The position numbers and the translations under genes are program-made. Shown here one piece after another: positions 21,014-33,017 of a DNA stretch of 64,000 nt. Source of the stretch: Azolla caroliniana. Taxonomy: Eukaryota > Plantae > Polypodiophyta. Under the pieces are notes generated by a model. The model was not told the origin of the DNA. It searched no databases and saw only the letters and a program-made list of their open reading frames with translations. Each line of letters begins with the position of its first letter. Within the stretch, counting starts at the first letter, position 1. The stretch spans positions 15,810,001 to 15,874,000 of the forward strand of contig JBHGNT010000016.1 of the NCBI GenBank assembly GCA_043228905.1, given 5' to 3'.

Positions 21014-23012
21014 TGTAAAAGAATACGTTGTGCAGAAATGTGTGCGTACGACACAGAGTGCACAGTTCGGAGGAATAAGACAGTTTGGTAAACACAGAAA
21101 ATGCAGAGATGGAGATGGAGAGGGAGGGAGAGACAGAGAGAGAGCAGACAACACAGTTCTATTTCAAAATAATGACACTCAAATCTGTACATACTTCGTG
21201 CTCAGTGAGCACCTTATATACAAGCCCTGACAATTGGGTTGACACAAGTACTGATAGTACTTGACCGCTCATAAATGAGCCTCGACACTCACTCCCAAAA
21301 TTATTCCTTACGAGAAATATCATACTAATGGCCTTCCGGTTTATGCATCGATACGGCCACGTTATGCGTACTATTTTATGCACCTAGTTTATGCACTGGG
21401 TTATGCCCTGTATTACGCACTCAATGTTGAGCTTGTCACTCAACACTTCCCCTCAAGCTCAACTTGGGGTTCCGCTTGTTCGGCTGGATCTACGCTCTGG
21501 CTTCTCCTGGCTCCATACCTTGCTCGCGCTCCTCGACCCATTCGGTTCCGCGCGCCTCGACCCTTCTCAGCTTCCTTGCTGTTGTGGTGTTGGCGCCTCT
21601 TCTGCTGCCTTCTCTTCCGCTTGGCCCTTGGTTGATTCAGTGTATCCGAATCAAACATCCTAACCGACTCGCCTTCATCCGATCGGTTTACGCTCTCGTC
21701 TGAATTGGTTGTCTCCAACTCGTCTTCGGTCTTTAGGCCCCTGACAACATCCGACCACATCTTAGTGTTGGCCTTATCTCCCCTTGTTCCGGCTATCCTC
21801 GGCTCCTTCCTATGCTTACAGCCCTTGCTTCCGTCTTCGGCTTCTTCAGCCGGTTCGAAGTCAAATTCTCCATCTCACACCGCATCTCGGTCACTTTTGC
21901 CGTGATGCTTACCTCCGCTCCTTTCACGCTCTCGTCCCTGATCTTCCTCTCTCCCCCTCAAGTTTGGCGTGTTGAGGTGACGCAACCTAAGCGCACTCGA
22001 GAAATGCCATAACTTGTCGAGACCAAGAGGTTTTGTGAAGATGTTGGCAATCTGCCGATCAGTCGAAACATGCACCAATTCGACTTCTCCTAAAAGGACC
22101 CGCTTGCGGACAAAATGGTAATGCACCTCAATGTGCTTGGTCCGGGCATGGAACACAGGGTTTTTCGCAAGGTGGATACTGTTGAGGTTGTCGCAATAGA
22201 TCGTTGTCGGATCAGACACCTCTACATACAGATCCCGTAATAGCCGTTTTAGTCAAATGACTTTGCATGTAGCGATAGTTGTCCCTCGATATTCGGCCTC
22301 CACGCAATCGCCTCACTTCCTAACGAGAATGCGTATCCAGATGTGGATTTACGATCACTAGCGTTTCCAGCCCAATCGGCATCCGTGTAGCTGACTAACT
22401 GTTCGGCTACGCCTGCTCGATGAAGAATCTGACTTGGATGTGGCAAACCCCATCCGATGCAATTGCTGCGTGATCTGCTTTAGTACTTAAAGGGACTTCT
22501 TTAGTCGGCAAACAACCGACATGTTCATTCTGGATTGAAATCTGGGGGGTTGTACCATATATACTTGTTCCTCAAGCATACCATGTAGGAACACATTCTT
22601 CACATCCATTTGATGTAAATGCCACCCCTTTTCCATGGCCACCGCAAGCAAGACACGAACAGTTATCATCTTCGCAATTGGTGTGAAGGTCTCATCATAA
22701 TCGATTCTGTGTTGCTGCTGTAGTCCTTCGCCACTAACCGGGCCTTGTATCGATTGATAGAGCCGTTGGCATTGTATTTGACTTTATACACCTATCGACA
22801 ACCTATCAACTTCACTCCTTTCGGTGTGTCAACCAGGTCCCATGTCTCATTTTCCATGAGCGCGTGCATCTCTTCCTCCATGGCCTTCTACCAGTTCGGA
22901 TCCTTAGCCGCTTCTGCATAGCCTTCCGGCTCATGCACAACTGCCACCTTCACCATGTACGCATATTGATGTGATATATACTTGTTATATCTGTATCAAA
23001 CTATAGGGTGCT
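21014..23012 (-). mobile_element. Copia E, 3' part (3' LTR 21014-21445, PPT, extension, degraded RT/RNase H)
   Basis: LTR TGTAAAAG...CTCAACA similar to the D and I LTRs; PPT from 21446; ARTKHIEVHYHFVR, YTDADWAG, HQMDVKNVF. Confidence 0.85.
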
Positions 23013-26000
23013 TGTAACCGATTAGGAACACTGTCTATGGTCAGTCCTTCAACCTAGACTTCCAAGTGACTCTGTGACAACGAATGGTAGCATCTGTGCG
23101 TAATGCTTAGGGGGATACTTCCCGTAACCTAGCAGTGTATACGGGAGATGGCTACAACTGAGCTCCATAAACAGTGGGCGAGTGCACACACCGCCACTCA
23201 GTCCTACGCTCTTAAGAATTATAGTCAGACAGTATCTTAACCACAGATACACACAGATATCAGAGAAGATAGAACTGTATTACGATACACCTTTTCATTC
23301 AAAATTACACGCTACCTCTCTCAGAGGTTTTCTGCCCTTTATATATGCAGGGTCTTTTAGCCGTTCACACTTCTCGCGTGAACCGTTACATGCGTTACAA
23401 TATCATTTTATTTCCATATTACTGCGCTCTTGTCCGTCGGTTACTATTCCAGCGGACAACACCTGGCACGCCTGTGGGACAGTGCCATGGCACGTCGGAC
23501 CCATCCCTTTAATCTTCCTCCAAAATGGCCCTGATGTTTGGTTCTGCTACGGTGTCCTTGTCCGGGGACGGCGGAGGACCCATAGGCACGTCGTTGTGTG
23601 GTTCCCTTGTCTGGTCTGGAGAGCTTCTCCTAGTTTCGCGGTCGTCCTGTGTGGGTGGACTGGGTTCTGTGGGCTCTTCTTGGGCTAGGGGGTTCGGTTC
23701 AGCCGTCCGCAGGCTTGTGGTAGGTCGCGGTTCTGTTCCATCTGTCACTTCCCCCGTGATGTCGGCCGCCGTTGTACACTCTGGGGACCAGGTTTGCAGT
23801 TCCCCTTGGTCCGGGACGTTCTCTGTGTGGTCGGCCATAAGCGTATGCTCTGTTGGGTTGGGTTCCACTTGGGCGGTGGTGTCGTTGTCTGGTATTGCGG
23901 GGGATTCCGCTCGCCGTTCCACCCTGTTCACCGTAGTGGTAATTTCTGGTGACCTGGTCTGAGGTTCCTCTTGCTCGGCAGTATCCTACATTGGTGTCGT
24001 GATGGATTCCTCTTTTGTTCGCGTGTTGTCAGCTTGCGTGATCTGGTGAAACAGGTCCTCCTGACTTTCGCCAAAATCATCTAGTAGCTGCGCGAGTTCT
24101 TCGGAATGTTGGTCCGCTAGCGTGCGATAGTCCTGCGCTAGGTTCTCGCGTACTGCCGCAATGCTTTCCTCATTGAGTTTATAGAAGCCTCGGTCGTCTT
24201 TCCTCCGGTTCTCCCAATCCACTCGATATGCATGCAATTTCACCGCTTGTGTAGCCTACACCATCCATCCTTTGTCTAGTGTTGTTTTCAATTGCGCCGT
24301 AAACCTCTCCCGATTCGTTTGTAGAAGGATACACACGTTGTTTGTGATGGCTTGGCAACGGTTGCGTGCTTCTTCCACAGATTTCTTGAGGTTTGCAATT
24401 TCTTGCTGACTAACTACCGCCGCTTCTTCATACGTGCTCTTCATACCTACCCAAAGTTGGGATTCCTTCGCATGTAGTTCTTCCAGTCTTCCCATTTCAT
24501 TGTTCAGGCGGATTTCGAGTTGATGCCTTCTCTCTTGTTGGCCCACCAACTGCTCGTCGAACCATGCTTTCTTTTTCTCCAATAAGGCTCGGAGTCCCGC
24601 GATTGCCTCCTCCAATTTTTTCACTTCCTCCCATAATTGGGCGTTTTCTTCTTTTGTCTGGGTTTGCTGTGCTGTCTCCGTTGCGAGTTTCTCTTCAAGG
24701 GTCTTTACTGCCTTTAGGCCGTTGGTCCGGATGTCGTTTTCCCTGTCTGAGGACTAGCGAAGTTCAGTGCGGAGTCGGTCAATTTTTGAGTCCGCTAGTT
24801 GTACGGCCCGTTTTGTTTTTGAGGCAATGGCAGTCTGAGCCTCAATCTCTTCCCTCAGGGCTTCGACGGTGTTGTTTGGTGGTGGTGGTGGAGCTGCGTG
24901 TTGCGCCGTGGTCACGTTATTTTCCAACTCCGCGATGCGTTCATTGGTTTTTTGTACCTCAGCTTGGGTTAGTTTAACCTTTTTCCAGACATTCTTATTT
25001 TTAACGGCCATCTCCTTTGCGCCCATGCTGACCTTTGCTAGTTCCCTATGAACTTCGACTAGGGCCACGTTCTATGGGGGTAGTTCCATCCTCATTCGGC
25101 GTACACCGATGTTCCTTTGTCTGCTGACTCTGGCTCTTTTCGCCGTTTGTGTTAATGCGCGCAGGATCATTTGGCGCTCCACGTGCTCCTCGGGCATTCG
25201 TTGTGAGACTTTTATCTGTTGTGTTGCGCGCGCAGGCCTTCTCTTAACGCCGGCCCCGTAATGACCCCCCAATTGACCGTACGCCCTTCAAAGGTATCAA
25301 TAATGATACCTGCCTTTTGCTTGGGCATCCCATATGCATTTACATGTACGCATCCAACTTCTAATAGGAACTTGGCAACTTCGTGGAAAAAGGGATACGA
25401 GATCTCCTTCGTTCTATATGCCTTGGTGGAGGACGAATATGGACCGAAATATCTCTACAGTGACTCCGTAGGAGGGATTTCGAAATGCCTTTCACCAAGT
25501 GATGACATGTCCAACTTTTTCCGAATGGATGAGTTGGTGACCGTGTCGATGTTGAGCTTCTTGGCGATGTCCAGTGTATCTGGGTGTGGAGGTGCCTCTG
25601 CGACCCTGATGTACCCATCCAGGTGTTTCTCCACGAGCCATTGACGCAAGGCAGTAGAGATAAATATCGGCATCGTCAGAGTAGGCTCGTGGGGTGAGGA
25701 TTGTTGGTTGCGGTGGGCATGAGCTCTGTGATAGGATGGCGAAGAAGGTGAGGAAGGGGAGCGATGAGAGCGTTGAGAGTTAGGAGGTGGATTTCTGTAT
25801 TGTGCAGAAAACCTTCTATTTCCTTCTTTTTGTGGCCTAGGGTTCATTGGTCAGTGAGCCATCGTGGTGCCGCGTGTTCTTGGTCTAGAAATGTGTGCCG
25901 GCTTTAAGTCCTTTTAATAGCGTCGCTATCTTCTCTTTTTTCTTTTCTTTTTGTTACCGGCCGGCAAAGGAGTCCACAGTGTGAAACGGAGGAGTTATTT

Positions 26001-26033
26001 AATTGTTAAGAATGGTTGTAAGTAAGCTATTAG
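23013..26033 (-). mobile_element. Gypsy F, 3' part: 3' LTR 23013-23481 and a large extra ORF (relative of G)
   Basis: LTR ends match the reverse complement of 39664-40155; ORF pieces 25455-25847, 24754-25068, 24256-24624, 23986-24243 and 23509-23931 are homologous to 37316-39636. Confidence 0.8.
23509..25863 (-). pseudogene. Extra 3' ORF of F (unknown N-terminal domain, coiled coil, acidic Pro/Thr tail)
   Basis: GYIRVAEAPPHPDTLDIAKKLNIDTVTN; LLEKKKAWFDEQL; LNNEMGRLEELH; frameshifted. Confidence 0.7.
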
Positions 26034-26511
26034 TGTGGACGGATGGACCGGAATCGGTATGCCGTTCCGGATCCGGACCGATCCCGAATAGGTGCGGATG
26101 GCACCGTTTTGTACTACAGACCAGAAACCTATTTAAAGGCCCGGATACAATGTAATGAGCAGCAGATAATTAATGAAGCTTAGTGTTATTTTTATCTCTC
26201 TGTGTTAATTTCCGTTCTGCATTCATTATCATATCTTATGCGTGTGATTATTGAGGATGATCTTGCTAAGTAACCTAATTAAGTCGGATTAATCATTGAG
26301 CCTAATCCTCTTGCCGTAACACCCCTTTGGTGAAGTGTCTTCCGTAGACACCCTGTGTTAGGCCATTGTCCGGTCCTAAGAGTTAACACAATTTTTGGTG
26401 ACCACGATTCCTGTTATTGCAGCGAACGACGACATGAATGGATGACTAGATCAATGCACGACCTGGTTACAGATCGAACTCGACGCCTTGCCGAAAGGCA
26501 AAGGAGACGTG
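26034..26511 (+). mobile_element. 5' stub of another LTR element (LTR ~26034-26390, PBS-like TGGTGACCACG at 26396, short gag-like start), cut by A2
   Basis: TGTG...CACA ends; TATTTAAA box; TGG-starting PBS-like motif; MTRSMHDLVTDRTRRLAERQRRR; boundaries approximate. Confidence 0.5.
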
Positions 26512-26527
26512 TGTCATGATATGGCAA

Positions 26528-26581
26528 GACTCGAACCCATGACATTAGGTTATATGGGTTGAACTCTTGACCATTATATCA
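26528..26581 (-). promoter_or_regulatory. tRNA-like A/B-box pair in the A2 5' LTR (second copy at ~31777-31830)
   Basis: Minus strand TGATATAATGG, 33 nt spacer, GGTTCGAGTC. Confidence 0.55.
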
Positions 26582-27032
26582 TTTATTGTAATACGTAGGA
26601 TATTATTTTCATTTACATTTTGTTATAGGAAATCAATGTATAATCCAGATTTCTCTGGAACATTCTAGAAGCTTCAGGATTACTCCTAAGAATACTATAA
26701 AAGAGGGCACTAGGCATTATGTTGAACCAAATTGGTTCAACGCCAATCTTTAGCCTCATAGCCCTTTTGTACTTACTCTTCTTATAATATATAATCTGTT
26801 ATCATCATCTCTCTCTCTCTCTCTCTCTCCTCTGTTCTCTTCCTCTCTCGGGAGTCTTACGTAGTCCCGTCCCCTTAGTTCTAATAGTACTTCCCTTCTC
26901 TAGTACTAATTCTCTCTCTGTTTAGTACTAATCCTATCTCTGTTTAGTACTATTCCTGACAGTTTGAACCAATTTTTCCTTCTGTCTCTCTCCCTTCATA
27001 CTAATCACTTATTTCTCTTTTCTTTTCATCCC

Positions 27033-28184
27033 ATGGCCACAGTTAGTGCTCAGGAATATGAATCTGTTTTCTCAGAGTTTCAATGCCTAAAAAGAAGTTC
27101 CTTGCTTTGGAACAAGAAAATCAACGGTTGCTGGGGGATCTTCAACAAATCTCCTTAGAAAAGCAGCAAACACAACAACAACATGGGGAACTTGCATTAC
27201 GCGTGCAACAACTCGAAGCAACCATCGTAGCGATGCAACAACAAAGGCCCCGGAACATAAGGGATTCACAAGGAACCCAAGATTGGCCTTCCCACGAAGT
27301 TCGATGGAACACGATCGTAGTTTAGAGGGTTCCTTAATCAGGTACGATTAGTTATTCAAATGCATCCTTCCCGATATCCTACCGATGCATCACGAGTGGG
27401 TTTAGTAGGGACGCTGTTAAGTGGCTCAACGTTGGCATGGTTCGCTCCACTGTTGGAAAAAGAGTCTCCATTACTCAACAACTTTGAAGAATTTATAGGT
27501 GAGTTTAAAGCATGCTTTGGGGATACTGACAGCATAAGGACCGCAATCAACAAAATCCGGCGATTACGCCAAGGAGACCGTCCAGCCTCTGCATATGCTG
27601 CAGATTTCCATCTACTTGCCCCTGATATCCCTTGGGATGATCAAGCGCTGATGGAGCAATTTCATTATGGTTTACGCAACGATGTCAAGGATTTACTCTT
27701 GACTTTCCCTAAAGAGCCAAAGTCCTTAACAGAAGCAATCAGTCGCGCGGTAAGATGTGATAACCGCCTCTTTGAGCGACATTCAGAACGACAGCTACAG
27801 ATGCCGAGGGCAAGATTAGAGCCCACCTACGCCTCAATGGTAGCAAAACCTTTACCCAAGGAGTACTATAATGCGCCTCTAGTGAATACTCCGACTCCGA
27901 TGGAGATTGACACTACACGTCGTCGAGGACCATTATCCGAAGAAGAAAAGTAGCGATGCCGAACAAATCGACTATGTCTCTATTGTGGTGGTCCAGGACA
28001 CATTGCAATCAATTGTCCCCATAGGCCAAGAAGACAGGTAAACCAAATAGTTGCTAGTTCTAATTGTACTAAACCCGAGCCTATTACAGTAGGGATATCT
28101 AATAGTACTAATAGAACTAATACCCTAGATCTAGCGAACAAATTTGATGTCCTTAGTCAGTTAGAAGAAGAGTTAAACGACTAA
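27033..28184 (+). pseudogene. gag: gag of A2 (frameshifts and stops)
   Basis: MATVSAQEYESVF...; ORF 27360-27953; CLYCGGPGHIAINC knuckle; ends EELND*. Confidence 0.9.
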
Positions 28185-28223
28185 GTCCAGCCAAAATAGG
28201 AGCCGTTTGGTTGGATAGTCCTA
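28172..28223 (+). promoter_or_regulatory. Putative -1 ribosomal frameshift signal (G_TTA_AAC plus stem-loop/pseudoknot)
   Basis: Heptamer 28172-28178; 7-nt spacer; stem TCCAGCCAAA (28186-28195) / TTTGGTTGGA (28206-28215); loop TAGGA can pair with TCCTA (28219-28223); pol is in the -1 frame. Confidence 0.7.
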
Positions 28224-31200
28224 GATCTGTGCAGCCCATTAGTGGTTCCATTCCCTCTAAGCAAGTTAGCAATGTGTTCGTAGCCCAAGTAACAGTTAGT
28301 ACTAAAAGTACCCCTCCAGTACACGTCTTAGCACTTCTAGACTCCGGAGCTAATTCTTGCTTTATGGATAGGAATTTTGCCCAAGCTCATCAGATATCTC
28401 TTAGAAAACTTCCGTGTCCAGCCTCTGTAGTCGTCATTCATGGTCGTCCCATTGCTTCCGGAAATATCATAGAAGAGTCAGAACCCGTTAATATTGTCCT
28501 AGATAACTTAGCATGTGTAGTATCACTTAACATTATTAATATCCCAGAACATCCCATCGTTTTGGGATTACCATGGTTCGAGTTACATAACCCAGACATA
28601 GATTGGAGAACAAGAGAAATCCAGTGTCGACAAACCGGAGGATCTATTCAGAAGATTGCCACCATTTCACTACATCAGTTGCAGGAAGAAGGACGCAAGG
28701 AAGAAATGTTTCTCTTCGCAATATCACTAAAACCCTCCGACACCATTAAAGAGGAGTCCACCGTTCAGCTTCCAAAGAAGTATCATCATTATGCCGATGT
28801 ATTCGATAAAGTATGAGCCAATAGACTTCCTCACCATCGACCATGTGATTGCCCCATCGATTTACAATCGGGGAAAGAGCCACCATGGGGACCGATCTAC
28901 AATTTGTCACCAACCGAGCTAGAAGTCCTTCGAGCCTATATAGAGGAGAACTTGGAGAATGGATTCATTTGACATTCGAAATCTCCAGCCGGCGCACCCA
29001 TTTTCTTCGTCAAGAAAAAGGATGGCTCACTTCGTCTGGTGGTAGACTACCGTGGCTTGAATAAACTTACAATCCGCAATAGGTATGCACTTCCCCTTAT
29101 CTCAAGTCTTTTAGAACGGATCAATGGTGCCAGTTTCTTCACAAAGATCGACTTACGGGGGGCCTATAACCTCGTATGGATCCGACCAGGAGATGAATGG
29201 AAGACCGCATTCCGCACTAGATATGGGCACTTTGAGTATACGGTCATGCCGTTTGGCCTCACTAATGTGTCAGCCGTCTTCCAGCACATGGCAAATGATA
29301 TATTCCGAGATCTCTTGGATGTGTGTCTGATCATCTACTTGGATGATCTACTGGTTTATTCAAAGACCAAAGAAGAGCATGGTTCTCATGTACTGTTAGT
29401 ACTAAAACGACTTCGAGAACATGGTCTTTACGCAAAGCTAGAAAAATGTAGTTTTGGGTGCAACCAGGTGGAATTTCTCGGCTACATCATTTCCTCAGAA
29501 GGCATCTCCATGGACCCAGCTAAGGTCAAGACGGTAGTAGAATGACAGGCTCCGCGCTCGGTGCGGGATGTGCAATGCTTTTTAGGGTTTGCCAATTTTT
29601 ACTGGAAGTTTATACAAGATTACTCAAAGCTCGTTCTGCCTCTCACACAACTTACCAGGAAGGGACAATCGTTCGTTTGGTCTGAAGAAGCATATATGGC
29701 TTTCAAGAGTCTTAAAAAGGCTTTTACATCGGCTCCAATTCTAGCTCATGTCGATCTGGAACTACCATTCATTATCAAAGTTGACGCATCGGATTTCGCA
29801 TTGGGCAGCATTCTGTCACAACGGGGTCATGATGAGAAGCTACATCCTGTGGCTTTTCACTCACGCAAGTTTGACGCCGCCGAAATCAATTACGAAATTC
29901 ATGATAAGGAGCTATTGGCAATAGTGGACTCGTTTATGCAATGGAGGCAATTTTTAGAGGGGTCCTCTCATCAAGTCACCATATTCAGTGATCATAAAAA
30001 CCTTGCCTACTTTCAGGATGCTCGAGTGTTAAATCGACGTCAAGCTCGGTGGACCCACTTCCTCACGCGTTTCGACTTCAAAATTACATATCATCCGAGG
30101 AAGCACCAAGGGAAGGCAGATGCATTATCACGGCGTTCGTATCTAACACCGCATCCCGGTGAGCCGACTTTTGATAACCAAAAGCAAGTAATCTTGGGAC
30201 CGGCACGACTGCAAGCAACACAAGTTTTTGGCATGCCCATGGATTCCCACGTTATCAATATCATACGTGCGGACCTGAAGACAGATGCTTTCGCCCAAGC
30301 TATACTAGCACAGATTGATCCCTCTCAAGCGTCGTGCTCACAGTCACAACCACCAGGTACGGACTATCGACAATTCAAATACCATGATGGATTACTCTTC
30401 TTTAAAGAACTTTTGTATGTTCCTAATGGCTCTTGCCGCCTTCGAGTAGTACAAAACTGTCATGACACATATACAGCTGGGCATTTTGGTAGTACTAAAA
30501 CATTAGATTTAGTACAACGATCATTCTGGTGGCCCCGTATGCGACAATTTGTCGAAGAGTTTGTTCGGACTTGTGATACATGCTGTAGAGCGAAAATGCC
30601 GAGGCATCATCCCTATGGTTTATTAGAACCATTACCAATTCCAAGCAAGCCATGGCAATCCATTGCTCTCGACTTCATCACAGATCTTCCAGTCTCTAAG
30701 GGGTTGAATGCGATTCTAACAGTGGTAGATCGATATACGAAGATGGCTCATTTCTTGCCATGTACTAAGGAAATCTCAAGTGAAGACACCACCGAAATTG
30801 TCATGTGTGAAGTATGTCGGCATCATGGACTCCCCAATAGTATCGTCAGCGATCGTGGACCCCAGTTCATGTCAAAATTCTGGAAACACCTTTTTAAAAT
30901 GCTCAAGATCACTTGTAACCTCTCCTTTGGCTACCACCCACAAACCGGCGGCCAAGCCGAATGAACAAATCAAACGCTGGAGCAGTATTTGCAGTGCTTT
31001 CTCAGCTATCATCAGGATAACTGGGTAGATATTCTCCACTTCGCCGAATTTGCCTATAATAACTCTATCCACACATCGACTAAAGTTTCGCCATTTTATG
31101 CTTATACGGGATGTCACCCTCGGTGGAGTGTACTTGAAACCCCAGAGGTGTCCATAAATCCTTGCGCGGAGGATCGTTTGGAGCAGTTACGCAAGATACA

Positions 31201-31768
31201 AGCAGATTTATGTACTCATCTCCAGCAAGCTCAACAAACACACAAGGTCTACGCGGATCGTCATCGACTTCCATCTAGTTTTAACATTGGAGATCGGGTG
31301 TGGTTGCTACGACGACACATCAAGACTACTCGCCCATGTGAGAAGTTGGATTATCGGCGATTAGGTCCTTTCCGTATTATCGGGAAGATTAATGATGTCG
31401 CTTTTCGTCTCGATCTACCTCCTCAACTTCGGATACATCCGGTGTTTAATAGTTCACTCCTTGAACCCTATCACGAGAGCACCATCCCAGGGCGTATTAT
31501 ACAACCTCCACCCCCGATCGAGCTTGAATATGGACCGGAGTACGAGGTTGCCGCCATCCTTGATTCCAAGATTGTTCGCAACAAGCTCTACTATCTAGTC
31601 GATTGGCTAGGCTATAGTCCCAGCGAACGTACTTGGGAACCGATCGAGAATGTGACAAATGCTCGTGCGCTTCTTGAAGACTTCCATCGGCAATATCCAC
31701 ACAAACCGGGTCCTCCATCCAAAACGACTCGTGACACTCGTCGTTTTAAAGGGGAGATAGTGTCATGA
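28172..31768 (+). pseudogene. pol: pol of A2 (PR, RT, RNase H, IN, chromodomain) with stops
   Basis: LLDSGANSCF; YLDD; DASDFALG; SDRGPQF; GPF; EYEVAAILDSK...WLGYSPSERTWEP. Confidence 0.93.
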
Positions 31769-32083
31769 TATGGCAAGACTCGAACCCATGACATTAGGTT
31801 ATATGGGTTGAGCTCTTGACCATTATATCATTTATTGTAATACGTAGGATATTATTTTCATTTACATTTTGTTATAGGAAATCAATGTATAATCCAGATT
31901 TCTCTGGAACATTCTAGAAGCTTCAGGATTACTCCTAAGAACACTATAAAAGAGGGCACTAGGCATTATGTTGAACCAAATTGGTTCAACGCCAATCTTT
32001 AGCCTCATAGCACTTTTGTACTTACTCTTCTTATAATATATAATCTGTTATCATCATCTCTCTCTCTCTCTCTCTCTCTCCTC

Positions 32084-32120
<37 letters not shown>

Positions 32121-32247
32121 TTCTCTTCCTCTCTCGGGAGTCTTACGTAGTCCCGTCCCCTTAGTTCTAATAGTACTTCCCTTCTCTAGTACTAATTCTC
32201 TCTCTGTTTAGTACTAATCCTATCTTTGTTTAGTACTATTCCTGACA

Positions 32248-33017
32248 TAGGGAAAATTAGGGTTTGTGACTTCCGTAAGGAAATTTAGGGTTTATGGCTT
32301 CCACAGGGAAAATTAGGGTTTATGGCCTCCGTAAGGAAAATTTCGGGTTTATGAGAGTTATGGCTTCCCTAACATAAGGGAGCTGAGAAGGAAAAGAAAA
32401 TTTATGGAGAGAGAGTATGAGTGTAAAAAAACGATGGAATTTTATATGGAGTTCTCCCTTGATCATCTACATGTCCACTTTTTGTTGCATGGCCTCTACT
32501 TTTAGTTGCATAGCTTTTTCTTTTAGTTGCATACGACCGTCCACATGACCTTTACTTTAGTTTTCTTCATTTCACTTTAATTAGCCACATGATCCTTTTA
32601 TCTGTTCGGTTTGCGTCCAGCCTAGTCCGGTCGCCGATTGCTGCTGCAAGTTCTAGTTTGCTTACCGACCGGTTTCGGGTTCCGGTTTGCCTTACCGGCC
32701 AATTCCGGTTTTGCTTACCGACCGGTTTCAATTTTGCTTACCAACTGGTTTCTGATTTTGGTTTTGCTTACCTGTCGGTTTCTGGTTTTTGGGAACTTGG
32801 CCACCATCATCCATTAAGAGAAAGTGGCCAAAGTTCTTTTAGCATAAATGAAAATGAGGGGTATCAAGGTGCTTATATAGCCAGGGCCTTCAGTTTCCTA
32901 TCTATGTGGGATAAATAATAGTTCTTTTTTCCCTATCTTCTCAAACATCCATCTTCTATAACATGCCATTAAGCTAATATAAAGTACTTATTTTATTATT
33001 TATTTTTTTACATAGTG
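32248..33017. mobile_element. Probable right end of a CACTA-type DNA transposon, with subterminal repeats
   Basis: Ends ...TTTTTTACATAGTG (CACTA terminus) at 33017, where Gypsy coding sequence begins; ~29-bp TTAGGGTTT-containing repeats at 32248-32352; TTGCTTACC...GGTTT repeats at ~32655-32790. Confidence 0.45.

Larger units (their letters stand above)
26512..32247 (+). mobile_element. Full-length chromovirus A2 (Tcn1-like); flanking 5-mers do not match
   Basis: LTRs 26512-26961 and 31761-32247 (4 substitutions plus a microsatellite indel by eye); self-priming PBS 26964-26975; PPT 31748-31760; flanks ACGTG and TAGGG. Confidence 0.95.

Noticed and set aside
26004-26388. Alternative LTR boundaries TGTTAA...TTAACA
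   Set aside because: F-like intergenic sequence (CACTAATAG, shared with G) appears to extend to ~26033, favouring a start at ~26034. The boundary remains uncertain.
32057-32117. (CT)n/(GA)n microsatellites here and in other LTRs
   Set aside because: These are ordinary LTR leader microsatellites with slippage.
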